Shown in pieces: positions 37,214 to 46,726 of a DNA stretch of 64,000 nt. Where the stretch lies: assembly GCA_007378985.1 (NCBI GenBank), contig VMHB01000001.1, positions 192,252 through 256,251 on the forward strand, written 5' to 3'. This stretch comes from Parcubacteria group bacterium Greene0714_7. Lineage in GTDB: Bacteria; Patescibacteriota; Minisyncoccia; Phycocordibacterales; Phycocordibacteraceae. The stretch's first letter is position 1; every line of letters starts with the position of its first letter. The notes under the pieces were generated by a model. It searched no databases. It was not told the origin of the DNA and saw only the letters and a program-made list of their open reading frames with translations. The position numbers and the translations under genes are program-made.

Positions 37214-38815
37214 CTATTGGCTAATAATTACTTCTTCACCATCCTTCAGGCCTCGTGCATCTTTAACTATTCTCATGTCGGAAGTTATTCCTGAAGTTAC
37301 TGCAATTCTAGAACCTGCAAGCGTTCCGACGATCACAGGGTGAGGGACAAGGATTCCATTTTCACTAACAGTGAAAACAATTGTCCCTTCAGGGGTAATT
37401 TTGAGTGCAGATAAAGGCAGAGTGAGGAGGGTATCTTTTACGGATGTTTTAGTTGTTCGCGCAATGGAGACAGATGCACTTGATCCAGAAACTAGCGAAG
37501 TGTTTTGAGGAATAGAGATACGAACTTCAGCCTTTTTTGTTATAGGATCAAGGGCGTTTGCCAGTCTTGCAACTTTTCCTGTGACGGATTTTCCAACCAC
37601 TACAGTTGCTCCAACGGAAATATCAGCAATATCACGCTCAGAAACGAATACGACAACTTCAAGGCCTCGCGCGTTCGTTATATACACAACAGGCACTGAC
37701 GCGTTCACGAAAGACCCCACCTCAAGATCAAGGCGGTTGATAGTGCCTCCAATTGGTGCGCGGATGATAGTTTTTTCTAAGTTAGCTTTCGCCACTTGAA
37801 GATTAGCCTCTGCTCCGCGTACATCTGAATTTTGTGATGTGCCCCCAGAAAGATTTTCTGTTGATACTTGCACTGCGGCAGTTTTTGCCTTTAGATTTTC
37901 AATCGCACTGTTAACTGCGGACGCAGCACCGTTTACGTTTGAAAGTGCTAGAGATACATCGGCACGATATCCTGCAATTGCAGCATCAGTAACTGAGCCA
38001 GACGCAATTGCTTTATTGAGAGCTGAAACCGTTGCAGAGAGAAGGTCGCGAACTTTATTGATGTCACTTCTGAGAGTCTCAAGCTCAGCCAAGGCGCTTG
38101 TGGCATCAGTTGGAGTTTCTGCTTTTTCTTCTCGTGCTAAAACTGTCTGTATTGCAAGGCGTTTACTTTCAACAGTGAGAACAGCCTGAGAATTTGAAGT
38201 TGATACTATAAATTTAGGTTGTGAGCCGTTTGGATTAGAAAATACCCCATCTAATTTTTTACTCACTGCATCATCGAGTGTCGCATACGTTCCGAGGATA
38301 GTATTTTTCGCTGAATTAATTGCTGAAGTGAGACTGTCTTCTGCGGACCCAAGACCGATACCGGTTATTGTTGCACCTGTCTTTGCTTTATCGAGGGCTG
38401 CTTCCGCTTGAGCTACTCCTGCGCGTTGTGAATCATTCTTTAGGTCTGCAATGACTGCTCCAGCACCAACTGTGTCACCGAGTGATCGGTAGACGTGAGC
38501 GACGGTGCCCGATACGTCAGGAGCTACATTGGCTTCGCTTACGGAGCGAACTTCACCAATTAGAGATATAGGTTCTGGTGCGGAAAGATCACTGGCTGAA
38601 AGCAAGGTCACTTGTCGTCTTCCATCTGTAGCACCTTCAAGTTTTGATTTAAAAAAATAAGATATACCCACACTCCCTGCAATAAGGGCAACAATAATAC
38701 CAAGGGAAATGAGTTTATGTGCTTTTGCTACGATAAAAAATTCTTGTGAAGCTTTCCAAATAAATATCAATCCTCCCCGAAGAAAAGTGAGTGCACGTAT
38801 AAGATGTTCATTCAT
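37214..38815 (-). CDS. Efflux RND transporter periplasmic adaptor (membrane fusion protein, HlyD family)
   Basis: N-terminal TM, long alpha-helical hairpin region and C-terminal beta-barrel domain. Upstream of the RND permease on the same strand. Confidence 0.8.
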   Translation of the reverse strand: MNEHLIRALTFLRGGLIFIWKASQEFFIVAKAHKLISLGIIVALIAGSVGISYFFKSKLEGATDGRRQVTLLSASDLSAPEPISLIGEVRSVSEANVAPDVSGTVAHVYRSLGDTVGAGAVIADLKNDSQRAGVAQAEAALDKAKTGATITGIGLGSAEDSLTSAINSAKNTILGTYATLDDAVSKKLDGVFSNPNGSQPKFIVSTSNSQAVLTVESKRLAIQTVLAREEKAETPTDATSALAELETLRSDINKVRDLLSATVSALNKAIASGSVTDAAIAGYRADVSLALSNVNGAASAVNSAIENLKAKTAAVQVSTENLSGGTSQNSDVRGAEANLQVAKANLEKTIIRAPIGGTINRLDLEVGSFVNASVPVVYITNARGLEVVVFVSERDIADISVGATVVVGKSVTGKVARLANALDPITKKAEVRISIPQNTSLVSGSSASVSIARTTKTSVKDTLLTLPLSALKITPEGTIVFTVSENGILVPHPVIVGTLAGSRIAVTSGITSDMRIVKDARGLKDGEEVIISQ

Positions 38816-38818
38816 ATG

Positions 38819-39070
38819 TTACGACCGTTCAGTTTTTTTAAGTACCGAGCGAATATTTTTTAAATTGCCTGCTAAATGCGCTGCGAATTTTTCAACATTG
38901 GCAAGCTTAGTAAATGCAATCATATCGCATCCCATACCAAAAACGAGTAATTTTTCACCGTCTTTAAGGTTCATTGCTTTGCGTGCTTCGGCGGGAATTA
39001 CAACCTGCCCTTTAGCGCCCACTGTGGTGGCGCCATAAAACTCTTTTTGAGTAGTGTGTGGTTTTATCAT
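38819..39070 (-). CDS. AbrB/MazE/SpoVT-family DNA-binding protein (putative regulator of the efflux operon)
   Basis: SpoVT/AbrB swapped-hairpin motif GQVVIPAEARKAMNLKDGEKLLV. Start taken at an internal Met. Confidence 0.55.
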   Translation of the reverse strand: MIKPHTTQKEFYGATTVGAKGQVVIPAEARKAMNLKDGEKLLVFGMGCDMIAFTKLANVEKFAAHLAGNLKNIRSVLKKTERS

Positions 39071-39181
39071 AAGCATTCGGAATCGTATCATGAATATCCT
39101 AATACATACAAGTATGAAATGTAAGAATATCAGCAAGCTCGTCCACATACATCTTTAGATAAAAAATAAAGGAAAGATTGT

Positions 39182-39790
39182 ATGTCTGCTAGAATAGGCG
39201 ACATGACTTCGAGCAAGAAAAAAATATTTATCCTCATGGGAAATCCCGACAGCGATTCTCGTACAGGACACCTTGCTGATGCATATGAACTCGGAGCTCT
39301 TGAGGCGGGGCATGAAGTGAGGCGCCAAAATGTAGGCGAAATGCATTTTGACCCAATACTCCATAAGGGATATAAGGTTATTCAGGAATTAGAGCCTGAT
39401 TTAAAAACATTTCAGGAGAATGTACGCTGGGCAGATCATTTGGTGGTGCTATATCCAAACTGGTGGTCTACGATGCCCGCACTTCTAAAAGGACTCATTG
39501 ATCGAGCGTGGCTTCCGGGGTTTGCGTTTCGTTTTCATAAAACCGATGTCTGGTGGGACGGTCTCCTCAAAGGTAAAAGTGCACGAATCATAATTCTAGC
39601 CAATACACACCCATGGTTTGCGTGGCTTATGTTTGGCGAGTTCACCAATGAACTTGCTCGCGCAACGCTGGCATTTTCAGGTATAGCCCCAATTTTTATA
39701 AATGTACTTACTCCATCTGAAAAAGTTTCTGAAACCAAATGGAAAAAATGGGTGCAGATGGTGCAAGAGATGGGTTCCCGTGCTACTTGA
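39182..39790 (+). CDS. Flavodoxin-like NAD(P)H-dependent oxidoreductase (NAD(P)H:quinone oxidoreductase/KefF-like)
   Basis: KIFILMGNPDSDSRTGHLADAY…GHEV… matches the Flavodoxin_2 fold family. Confidence 0.7.
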   Translation: MSARIGDMTSSKKKIFILMGNPDSDSRTGHLADAYELGALEAGHEVRRQNVGEMHFDPILHKGYKVIQELEPDLKTFQENVRWADHLVVLYPNWWSTMPALLKGLIDRAWLPGFAFRFHKTDVWWDGLLKGKSARIIILANTHPWFAWLMFGEFTNELARATLAFSGIAPIFINVLTPSEKVSETKWKKWVQMVQEMGSRAT

Positions 39791-39837
39791 CAAAAATAGT
39801 TACATGGTATATAATATGCAGTACATTAAAAAATTAT

Positions 39838-40011
39838 ATGAGCGAAGAATCACTAAAACAAATTGGACTTACTCCTGATCAGCGGGCAATTATACAACAA
39901 TTCAGAGAAAGAGGTATTATTCCAAATGCAGCACTTAAGATGCTTGAGCGACTGATGATAGACGCTAAACTCGATGCTGAGGCTACAGTTAGACACTTTA
40001 AGAGGGGTTGA
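39838..40011 (+). CDS. Hypothetical small protein
   Basis: 57 aa counted from MSEES. The six-frame ORF starts earlier, at 39739. Confidence 0.25.
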   Translation: MSEESLKQIGLTPDQRAIIQQFRERGIIPNAALKMLERLMIDAKLDAEATVRHFKRG

Positions 40012-40184
40012 GAATTGCTGATTGAAGTCGAGTGTTTCATACACTAACTAGCCAATTTTTTATTTAGGAGATATTAGAAAAAAGAAAAATGGAAACAGTG
40101 GGTTGATATAGTTCAACAAATAGGAAGTAGGGCAAAATAAATTAGGACCCTCTAATAATTAATGCCCCGTGTCTCCGAAAAACA

Positions 40185-40228
40185 CCTGTATAGTATAAAA
40201 TCACGGTCGTGATTTTATACTATACAGG
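40185..40228. repeat. Palindromic element of the TGTATAGTATAA family (copy 3), followed by a T-run, so likely also a terminator
   Basis: cctgtatagtataaaatcacggtcgtgattttatactatacagg is a perfect 44-nt palindrome. Core cacggtcgtg is the reverse complement of the cgaccg-type core in copies 1-2. It is followed by ttttaaatttttttttt. Confidence 0.6.
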
Positions 40229-40287
40229 GTTTTAAATTTTTTTTTTAGGCTAGCCACTAAAGCCTAAACCCTATACACTGCTCCTTT

Positions 40288-41385
40288 ATGGGTTTATCTA
40301 TTGGAATTGTTGGACTGCCAAATGTCGGGAAATCCACGCTTTTTAATGCGCTCACCGCAAAAGGTGTTCCTGCAGAGAATTATCCGTTTTGTACCATCGA
40401 TCCATCGGTGGGTATTGTGCCCGTGCCTGATCCTCGTCTTCAAAAACTCGCAACGCTTTCGAGCTGTTTTAAGATTATTCCTGCGGTTATCGAATTCGTT
40501 GATATTGCAGGCTTGGTAAAGGGTGCCTCTGAAGGCGCAGGTTTAGGAAATCAGTTTCTCCAACATATTCGCGAGACCGATGCGATTTTGGAAGTGGTCC
40601 GTATTTTTGATGACGCCGATATTACACACGTTGAGGGGGAGGTTGATCCTGTTCATGATATTGAAGTCATCAATTTAGAGCTTGTCCTTACCGACCTTTC
40701 TGCGGTAGCGAAGAGACTTCAGAGTGTTGAACGTGATGCTAAACGAGGTGTAAAGGAGGCAATTTTAGAGCAAGCAACATTACAGAAAGTTGACCAAACT
40801 CTTTCGGAAGGGAAACTCGCTTCAACAACACCTCTGACAAGTGAAGAGCGCCACGCAATACGCGCGTTGCAACTTCTAACCATGAAGCCAATTATGTACG
40901 CCCTCAATAAAAAAGCGGGAGGACACAATCTTGATGAGATGAATGATGGCAGGTATCAGAAACTGATTGAATTTTTAGATGGTATGGGTGCTGAATACGC
41001 CACTGTGGATGCAGGCATTGAAGGGGAGCTTCGTGATGTGGCAGGTGAAGACAAAGAAACACTTAGACGAGAGTTTGGGGTTTTAGACGATGGGCTGGAC
41101 GGGCTTATTCGTGCAGGATATCGATTACTTGGATTAATGACATTTCTTACCACTGGTGAAGTTGAAACAAGAGCTTGGACAGTGAAGATTGGTTCAACGG
41201 CACCTGAGGCGGGAGCTGCTATTCATACTGATTTCAGGGATACATTTATTAGGGCGGAGGTGGTTGCCTATGACAAACTCATTGAAGCTGGTTCATACGC
41301 TACAGCTCGCGAAAAAGGGTGGGTTCGGACAGAAGGCAAGGAGTATATTGTTAAAGACGGGGATGTTATTGAGTTTAAGGTTTGA
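40288..41385 (+). CDS. ychF: Ribosome-binding ATPase YchF (Obg-family GTPase)
   Basis: G1 GIVGLPNVGKSTLFNALT, the coiled-coil insert and a TGS domain. 365 aa. Confidence 0.9.
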   Translation: MGLSIGIVGLPNVGKSTLFNALTAKGVPAENYPFCTIDPSVGIVPVPDPRLQKLATLSSCFKIIPAVIEFVDIAGLVKGASEGAGLGNQFLQHIRETDAILEVVRIFDDADITHVEGEVDPVHDIEVINLELVLTDLSAVAKRLQSVERDAKRGVKEAILEQATLQKVDQTLSEGKLASTTPLTSEERHAIRALQLLTMKPIMYALNKKAGGHNLDEMNDGRYQKLIEFLDGMGAEYATVDAGIEGELRDVAGEDKETLRREFGVLDDGLDGLIRAGYRLLGLMTFLTTGEVETRAWTVKIGSTAPEAGAAIHTDFRDTFIRAEVVAYDKLIEAGSYATAREKGWVRTEGKEYIVKDGDVIEFKV

Positions 41386-41399
41386 GTTACTGTGTGCCA

Positions 41400-41427
41400 T
41401 TGACACTATTCAAAAATTCTATATAAT
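41400..41427 (+). promoter_or_regulatory. Sigma70-like promoter (TTGACA-N16-TATAAT)
   Basis: Consensus -35 and -10 hexamers. Confidence 0.45.
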
Positions 41428-41456
41428 TTTTTCTTAGTAAAAATAACACTAAATAT

Positions 41457-41597
41457 ATGGGTAACATAGAAGGTTCAGGTGCCCTTGCTCTTCTGGGCGT
41501 ATTGAATACTAGAAAACCAAAACCAGACTCCCTTCCGCCGTATTGTTCAGAATGTGAGCGCAGGCATGTAGGGTCTTGTCGCAAGTTGTGGGGTTAG
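41457..41597 (+). CDS. Hypothetical 46-aa peptide with C-terminal CxxC…C
   Basis: MGNIEGSGALALLGVLNTRKPKPDSLPPYCSECERRHVGSCRKLWG. Lies behind a consensus promoter and upstream of a membrane protein. Confidence 0.25.
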   Translation: MGNIEGSGALALLGVLNTRKPKPDSLPPYCSECERRHVGSCRKLWG

Positions 41598-41663
41598 TTT
41601 TTGACTCCCATTGTTTTATCCATGTTAGGCTGAAGTAAGCATTATTGTCTTATATTTTTTCCT

Positions 41664-42617
41664 ATGGATACAACAACTCAAGTTAAAGCCAAAGTTACTG
41701 CAAAAGACTTCTTTTTGTGGCTTGGCGCGATGGTCGCGCTGTATGTTTCAGCAACATCGCTCATTCTTTTAGTGCATCAGTATATAAATGTATTTTTTCC
41801 TAATGCCCTAGACTACGCAGCTTCGTACTCCAGTTCGATGCGATTCGCGATAGCGTCTCTCGTTGTGTTTTTCCCGCTCTATGTGTGGCTTACACGGATG
41901 CTCCACGAAGACATTCGGCACACACCTTTGAAGCAAGAACTCTGGGTTCGCAAATGGCTCATCTTTCTCACGCTCTTTGTTGCAGGTATAACCATGGCAA
42001 TCGATTTAGTGATGCTCGTCAATACATTCTTAAATGGTGATATAACAACTCGCTTCATCCTCAAGGCGCTCACAATACTCGTCGTTATTGGTGGTGGTTT
42101 TTGGTACTACCTTAATGAATTGAAAGGAAAGTGGGAGGAAAAGAAAAAAGAATCTACTGTTGTCGCTTTTGTTGTTTCTGGCATTGTCCTCGCAACGATA
42201 GTTAGCGCTTTCTTCATAATAGGCTCTCCACAAACGGAGCGTTTGGCACGCTTTGATGAGCAGAAAACTTATGATTTGCAGAGCATTCAGTGGCAGATAG
42301 TAAGTTACTGGCAACAAAAAGAAAAATTACCAGTAGGTATTTCAGATCTTGAAGATCCATTAACCGGCTTTGTTGCTCCGAAAGATCCTCAAACTGGAGC
42401 TTCATACACTTATGAGTCAACAGGCGCAATGTCATTTAAGCTTTGTGCCGATTTTAACGCACCAAGTCGCGACATGGTCGTGGATGGGAAAAGTAGACCT
42501 GCTGTTCCTCAGCCAGTAGGAAGTGAACTCGCTAATGAAAATTGGAAACACGACAAAGGCACTGTTTGTTTTGACCGAACCATTGATCCAGAGCGTTTTC
42601 CTGTTTTCAAGAAATAG
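41664..42617 (+). CDS. Hypothetical integral membrane protein
   Basis: About 5 TM helices N-terminally, then a soluble C-terminal domain. Confidence 0.5.
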   Translation: MDTTTQVKAKVTAKDFFLWLGAMVALYVSATSLILLVHQYINVFFPNALDYAASYSSSMRFAIASLVVFFPLYVWLTRMLHEDIRHTPLKQELWVRKWLIFLTLFVAGITMAIDLVMLVNTFLNGDITTRFILKALTILVVIGGGFWYYLNELKGKWEEKKKESTVVAFVVSGIVLATIVSAFFIIGSPQTERLARFDEQKTYDLQSIQWQIVSYWQQKEKLPVGISDLEDPLTGFVAPKDPQTGASYTYESTGAMSFKLCADFNAPSRDMVVDGKSRPAVPQPVGSELANENWKHDKGTVCFDRTIDPERFPVFKK

Positions 42618-42653
42618 CTTTCAGCTTGGAGTTTTCAGTCGTATAATCCCTAC

Positions 42654-42755
42654 ATGGGAAGTTACGACCGCCCCAGTACCACCGGGCTCCGCATGGCTAC
42701 GGGGCAGGAAGTGGTTCGATATATAATCGTGTTTTTGACATTTTCAGTACCCTAA
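42654..42755 (+). CDS. Upstream ORF (33 codons) beginning MGSYDR, a recoded copy of the LeuS N-terminus MQSYDH. Its stop is 6 nt before the leuS ATG.
   Basis: Ser encoded AGT vs TCA (a codon-family switch) and Tyr-Asp identical. Contains the conserved element. Confidence 0.4.
   Translation: MGSYDRPSTTGLRMATGQEVVRYIIVFLTFSVP
42671..42708 (+). repeat. Conserved 38-nt start-proximal element (CCCCAGT-N21-ACGGGGCAGG), copy 3 of 3
   Basis: ccccagtaccaccgggctccgcatggctacggggcagg. Its first 10 nt are identical to copy 1. Confidence 0.65.
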
Positions 42756-42761
42756 ATCTGC

Positions 42762-45173
42762 ATGCAATCATACGACCACAAAAAAATAGAGAAAAAATGG
42801 CGAAAGCTTTGGGAAGAGTCAGGTATTTACAAGACTAGTGAAAATTCATCAAAGCCAAAGCACTATGTTCTGGACATGTTTCCGTACCCATCGGCGTTAG
42901 GTCTTCACACTGGTCATGTTGAAGGGTATGCGGCGACCGATATTTACAGTCGTTTTAAACGAATGAAGGGGTTCAGTGTGCTCCATCCTATGGGATGGGA
43001 TGCGTTCGGTCTCCCTGCAGAAAACTATGCAATAAAAACAAATACGCCACCTCGAGAAACTACAAATAAGGCAATTGATAACTTCCGCAATCAAATCCAA
43101 CGCTTAGGCCTTTCGTATGACTGGTCACGAGAAATAGGCACTCACAATCCTGACTATTATAAGTGGACACAGTGGTTGTTTTTGTTCTTGTTTGAAAATG
43201 GTCTTGCGGAAAAACGCATGGGTAAGGTGAATTGGTGTCCCACCGACCAAACAGTGCTCGCCAATGAACAAACAGTGAGTGAGAGTGGAGAAAAGGGTGT
43301 GTGTGTTCGTTGCGGTACAAAAATAATTCAACGCGAACTTTCACAGTGGTTTTTCAAAATTACTGATTTTGCTGATGTATTAATTGATGATTTGAATGGT
43401 GTTGATTGGCCAGAGTCTACAAAAATAAATCAACGAAATTGGATTGGTAGAAAAGAAGGAGTCATTGTTACTCATAAAGTGAAAGGGCTGGATGTATCGC
43501 TCGACACGTTTAGTGCCTATCCTGCATGGCTTTTTGCGGATACCTATATGGTACTTGCTCCTGAGCACCCAATAGTAAAAACTCTTGTGGAAGGTACTGA
43601 AGTACAAAAGAGTGTTGAGGATTTTGTGAAGTGTATGCAGGAGGTCACAACGATTGATCGCACAAACGCAACAACGGAGAAAGAGGGTATTTTTACAGGA
43701 CGCTTCGCTATTGACTCTCTCTCCGGTAAAGAATTTCCTATTTGGATTGCTAACTTTGCTTTGATGGATTTTGGAACAGGTATTATTCGTTGCTCTTCAC
43801 ACGATATCCGCGACCTTACATTTGCTAAAAAATACGGAATCCCTTTGAGTGAGGTAGTCGAGAGAGAAAGTCCTGATATGCCCGTTGATGCCCATGCTAA
43901 TAAGGGTGTTTTGAAAGACTCGGGTCCGTTCACTGGTCGCACTATTAATAATGAGTTAATTCAAGAAATAATTGCGTGGATAGAAAGTAATGGATATGGG
44001 CATGCACAGACTACATACCGTCTTCGTGATTGGCTTATTTCTCGTCAACGATATTGGGGGGCGCCTATTCCAGTAGTGTATGACCCAGAAGGGAAAGCGC
44101 ATGGAGTTCCCAAAGAGCACTTGCCGTGGCTCCTTCCTGAAGATGTAGAGTATTTACCGAAGGGAACTTCACCGCTCGGAACCTCAAAGGAACTTTTGGA
44201 ACGAACAGAGAAAATATTTGGGAAAGGGTGGAAGCCAGAGATCGACACTATGGACACTTTCGTGTGTTCTTCGTGGTATTTTCTTCGATTTGCCGATCCA
44301 CATAATGAGATTGAGTTTGCGTCGAAAGAAGTAGTAAAAAAATGGCTTCCCGTTGACCTCTACATGGGAGGTGCTGAACATACAGTTTTGCATCTTATGT
44401 ACGCCCGCTTTATTACCAAGGCCCTGCAGAAGTTTGGATACATAGAGTTTGGTGAGCCATTCTCCAAGCTCCGTCACCAAGGGATGATTCTTGCTGAAGA
44501 TGGAACCAAGATGTCTAAGTCGAAAGGTAATGTCATAAACCCTGACGAAATTAGTGAACTCTACGGTGCGGACACGCTACGAATTTATGAAATGTTCATG
44601 GGTCCTCTTGAAGCTATGAAGCCATGGAGCACCAAAAATATTATTGGCTCACGGAGATTTTTGGAGCGTGTCTGGAGGGTACAAGAAAAGGTGAGTCAAG
44701 GTGCAACTTTGAGTGCAAGCGCTGATGCCACTCTACAGCAAACAATTAAAAAAGTAGCTGAAGATATCGAGCTCCTTAGTTTAAACACGGCAGTGAGTCA
44801 GATGATGATTTGTGTTAATGCTTTTGAAAAAGAAGAAAAAATACCTGCTGAAAGCTATGAGAGCATGCTGTTGGTACTTGCCCCGTTTGCACCTCATATG
44901 ACAGAAGAATTATGGGAAACTTTGGGTCATACTTCTTCAATTCATCAAGAAAATTGGCCAGTGTTTGATGAAAGTAAGCTCGAAAAAAATGAAGTAGTAA
45001 TGGCTGTTCAGGTTGGTGGGAAAGTAAAGGGCACCATTGTCATTCCTCGCGGAGCTACAGAAGAAGAAGTAATTGAGTTAGTACGAAAAGACGTCAAACT
45101 TGGTGGGGTAGTTCCTCAAAACCCATCCCGCATGATATTCGTTCCCAATAGGGTCGTTAACTTCATACCCTAG
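42762..45173 (+). CDS. leuS: Leucyl-tRNA synthetase
   Basis: HIGH region (LGLHTGHVEGY), KMSKS and the CP1 editing and anticodon-binding domains. 803 aa. Confidence 0.95.
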   Translation: MQSYDHKKIEKKWRKLWEESGIYKTSENSSKPKHYVLDMFPYPSALGLHTGHVEGYAATDIYSRFKRMKGFSVLHPMGWDAFGLPAENYAIKTNTPPRETTNKAIDNFRNQIQRLGLSYDWSREIGTHNPDYYKWTQWLFLFLFENGLAEKRMGKVNWCPTDQTVLANEQTVSESGEKGVCVRCGTKIIQRELSQWFFKITDFADVLIDDLNGVDWPESTKINQRNWIGRKEGVIVTHKVKGLDVSLDTFSAYPAWLFADTYMVLAPEHPIVKTLVEGTEVQKSVEDFVKCMQEVTTIDRTNATTEKEGIFTGRFAIDSLSGKEFPIWIANFALMDFGTGIIRCSSHDIRDLTFAKKYGIPLSEVVERESPDMPVDAHANKGVLKDSGPFTGRTINNELIQEIIAWIESNGYGHAQTTYRLRDWLISRQRYWGAPIPVVYDPEGKAHGVPKEHLPWLLPEDVEYLPKGTSPLGTSKELLERTEKIFGKGWKPEIDTMDTFVCSSWYFLRFADPHNEIEFASKEVVKKWLPVDLYMGGAEHTVLHLMYARFITKALQKFGYIEFGEPFSKLRHQGMILAEDGTKMSKSKGNVINPDEISELYGADTLRIYEMFMGPLEAMKPWSTKNIIGSRRFLERVWRVQEKVSQGATLSASADATLQQTIKKVAEDIELLSLNTAVSQMMICVNAFEKEEKIPAESYESMLLVLAPFAPHMTEELWETLGHTSSIHQENWPVFDESKLEKNEVVMAVQVGGKVKGTIVIPRGATEEEVIELVRKDVKLGGVVPQNPSRMIFVPNRVVNFIP

Positions 45174-45176
45174 AGC

Positions 45177-45212
45177 ATGTGGGACCTCGGAGGTCCCACA
45201 TGGGGGTGGCCC
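45177..45212 (+). terminator. Tandem GC-rich hairpins after leuS (terminator-like, no U-tract)
   Basis: catgtgggacctc-g-gaggtcccacatg (13-bp stem) followed by gggggtggccccc. Confidence 0.4.
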
Positions 45213-45440
45213 CCGCACTAAAACTTGGCGTTATAGCTTGCTGTACTGATATATGAGATTATTTATACTACTGTTGCCACTATTGCACTCCGTGTAATGC
45301 GTTATACTCACGCTTCGCTATGAGGTACGACGCCAAGTTCTAGTGACGGGGTGGGGATAAGTATTTGACGGTTTGACGGGATTTAAAATATGTGCTATAA
45401 GAAGTGGACACAGTAATCAATAAAAATACGGCTCATATTT

Positions 45441-46469
45441 ATGATCAAACTTCCTTTCAAGCCTGTTCAAGTGAGCAAACGACTTGTTGCAGTACTACCT
45501 GAGCGTTCACGCGATGTTGTAGTGAGCCGTTATGGCTTAGGTTCAAAAGCTCGCGGAGAAACTCTTGATGCTATTGGAAAGCGATATGGCATTACACGAG
45601 AACGCGTTCGCCAAATTGAAAACCACGCAACAAAACTCATACAAGATTCTCCAGCACTTACAAAAGAAGCTTCTTCTTTTGTCTGGCTTGAGAATGCTAT
45701 TCGTGAATTAGGGGGCGTACTGTCAGAGAGTATGTTGCTTGATGAGTTTGCAAAGGACACTGAAACACGAAACCATCTTTATTTTTTACTCGTTGTTGGA
45801 CAGCCATTTATTTCTGCAAAAGAAACTCCTGACTTTAAAGCTCGCTGGTCTGTTGATCCAGAGCTCACCAAGGCAGTTGAATCTGCTTTGAAGCAAGTTC
45901 ATGGAACCGTTAAACACTCTGATGTTTTATCTGAAGATAAACTTGTTGAGCATGTCATGAGTTGCCTCACTAAGGTCAACACTAAATATCGCTCTAAAGA
46001 TACTGTCCGTAGATGGCTAGAGCTTTCAAACTGTATTATGCGAAATCCTTTAGGTGATTGGGGACGCGCATCGGCACCAGGAATTAGAGTAAAAAATATT
46101 CGCGACCATGCGTATCTTGCCTTGAAGCGTCATGGCTCACCAATGCATTTTCGTGAAGTCGCAAAATCAATCGAGAAACTTTTTGGAAAGAAAGCTCACG
46201 AAGCAACAACGCATAATGAGCTTATTAAAGATGGCCGTTTTGTGTTAGTGGGTAGAGGTATCTACGCTCTCAAGGAGTGGGGATATCGAATTGGTCCAGT
46301 GGTTGAAATAATTAAACACATTCTGAAGGAATCAGGACCTTTAACTCGTGAGGAAATCATGAAGCGTGTTTCTAAAGAGCGTTATGTGAAGCCAAACACT
46401 ATCATTGTGAACTTGCAAAATTCATCATTCACAAAAAAAGACGGGAAGTATTCATTGAAGGGAACATAA
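45441..46469 (+). CDS. Putative DNA-binding protein: sigma-70 region-4-like HTH followed by a HARE-HTH-like winged-helix region
   Basis: N-terminus LGSKARGETLDAIGKRYGITRERVRQIENHA matches the sigma70 region-4 pattern. C-terminal …SPMHFREVAKSIEKLFGKK…GRGIYALKEWGY resembles HARE-HTH. Confidence 0.45.
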   Translation: MIKLPFKPVQVSKRLVAVLPERSRDVVVSRYGLGSKARGETLDAIGKRYGITRERVRQIENHATKLIQDSPALTKEASSFVWLENAIRELGGVLSESMLLDEFAKDTETRNHLYFLLVVGQPFISAKETPDFKARWSVDPELTKAVESALKQVHGTVKHSDVLSEDKLVEHVMSCLTKVNTKYRSKDTVRRWLELSNCIMRNPLGDWGRASAPGIRVKNIRDHAYLALKRHGSPMHFREVAKSIEKLFGKKAHEATTHNELIKDGRFVLVGRGIYALKEWGYRIGPVVEIIKHILKESGPLTREEIMKRVSKERYVKPNTIIVNLQNSSFTKKDGKYSLKGT

Positions 46470-46480
46470 TATACATATGT

Positions 46481-46681
46481 ATGCCTAGGCATGAAAAACC
46501 TCAATTGAAGCTCATTCAAGGGGGATTAGCAGAAGCTCCATTCCCTCCCACTTCTAAGTTTTTTACTAGACCACCTCAGTCTTCTCCGTTTTCACTCACT
46601 GATTTTAAACTCCCTGACGACGAATTTGTTCTCTCGATAGAAATTCTCAACGGCCTAAGAGAAAGATTTGATCTAGATTGA
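46481..46681 (+). CDS. Hypothetical small protein
   Basis: 66-aa ORF. No motif. Confidence 0.2.
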   Translation: MPRHEKPQLKLIQGGLAEAPFPPTSKFFTRPPQSSPFSLTDFKLPDDEFVLSIEILNGLRERFDLD

Positions 46682-46726
46682 GAGATAAGAGTATCGGCCT
46701 TAGGTTGGGTCTTATTGTGATATATT

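Noticed and set aside
42735-42760. Promoter before leuS (TTGACA at 42735)
   Set aside because: No acceptable -10 hexamer at 16-18 nt spacing. The region is better explained as the tail of the uORF module.
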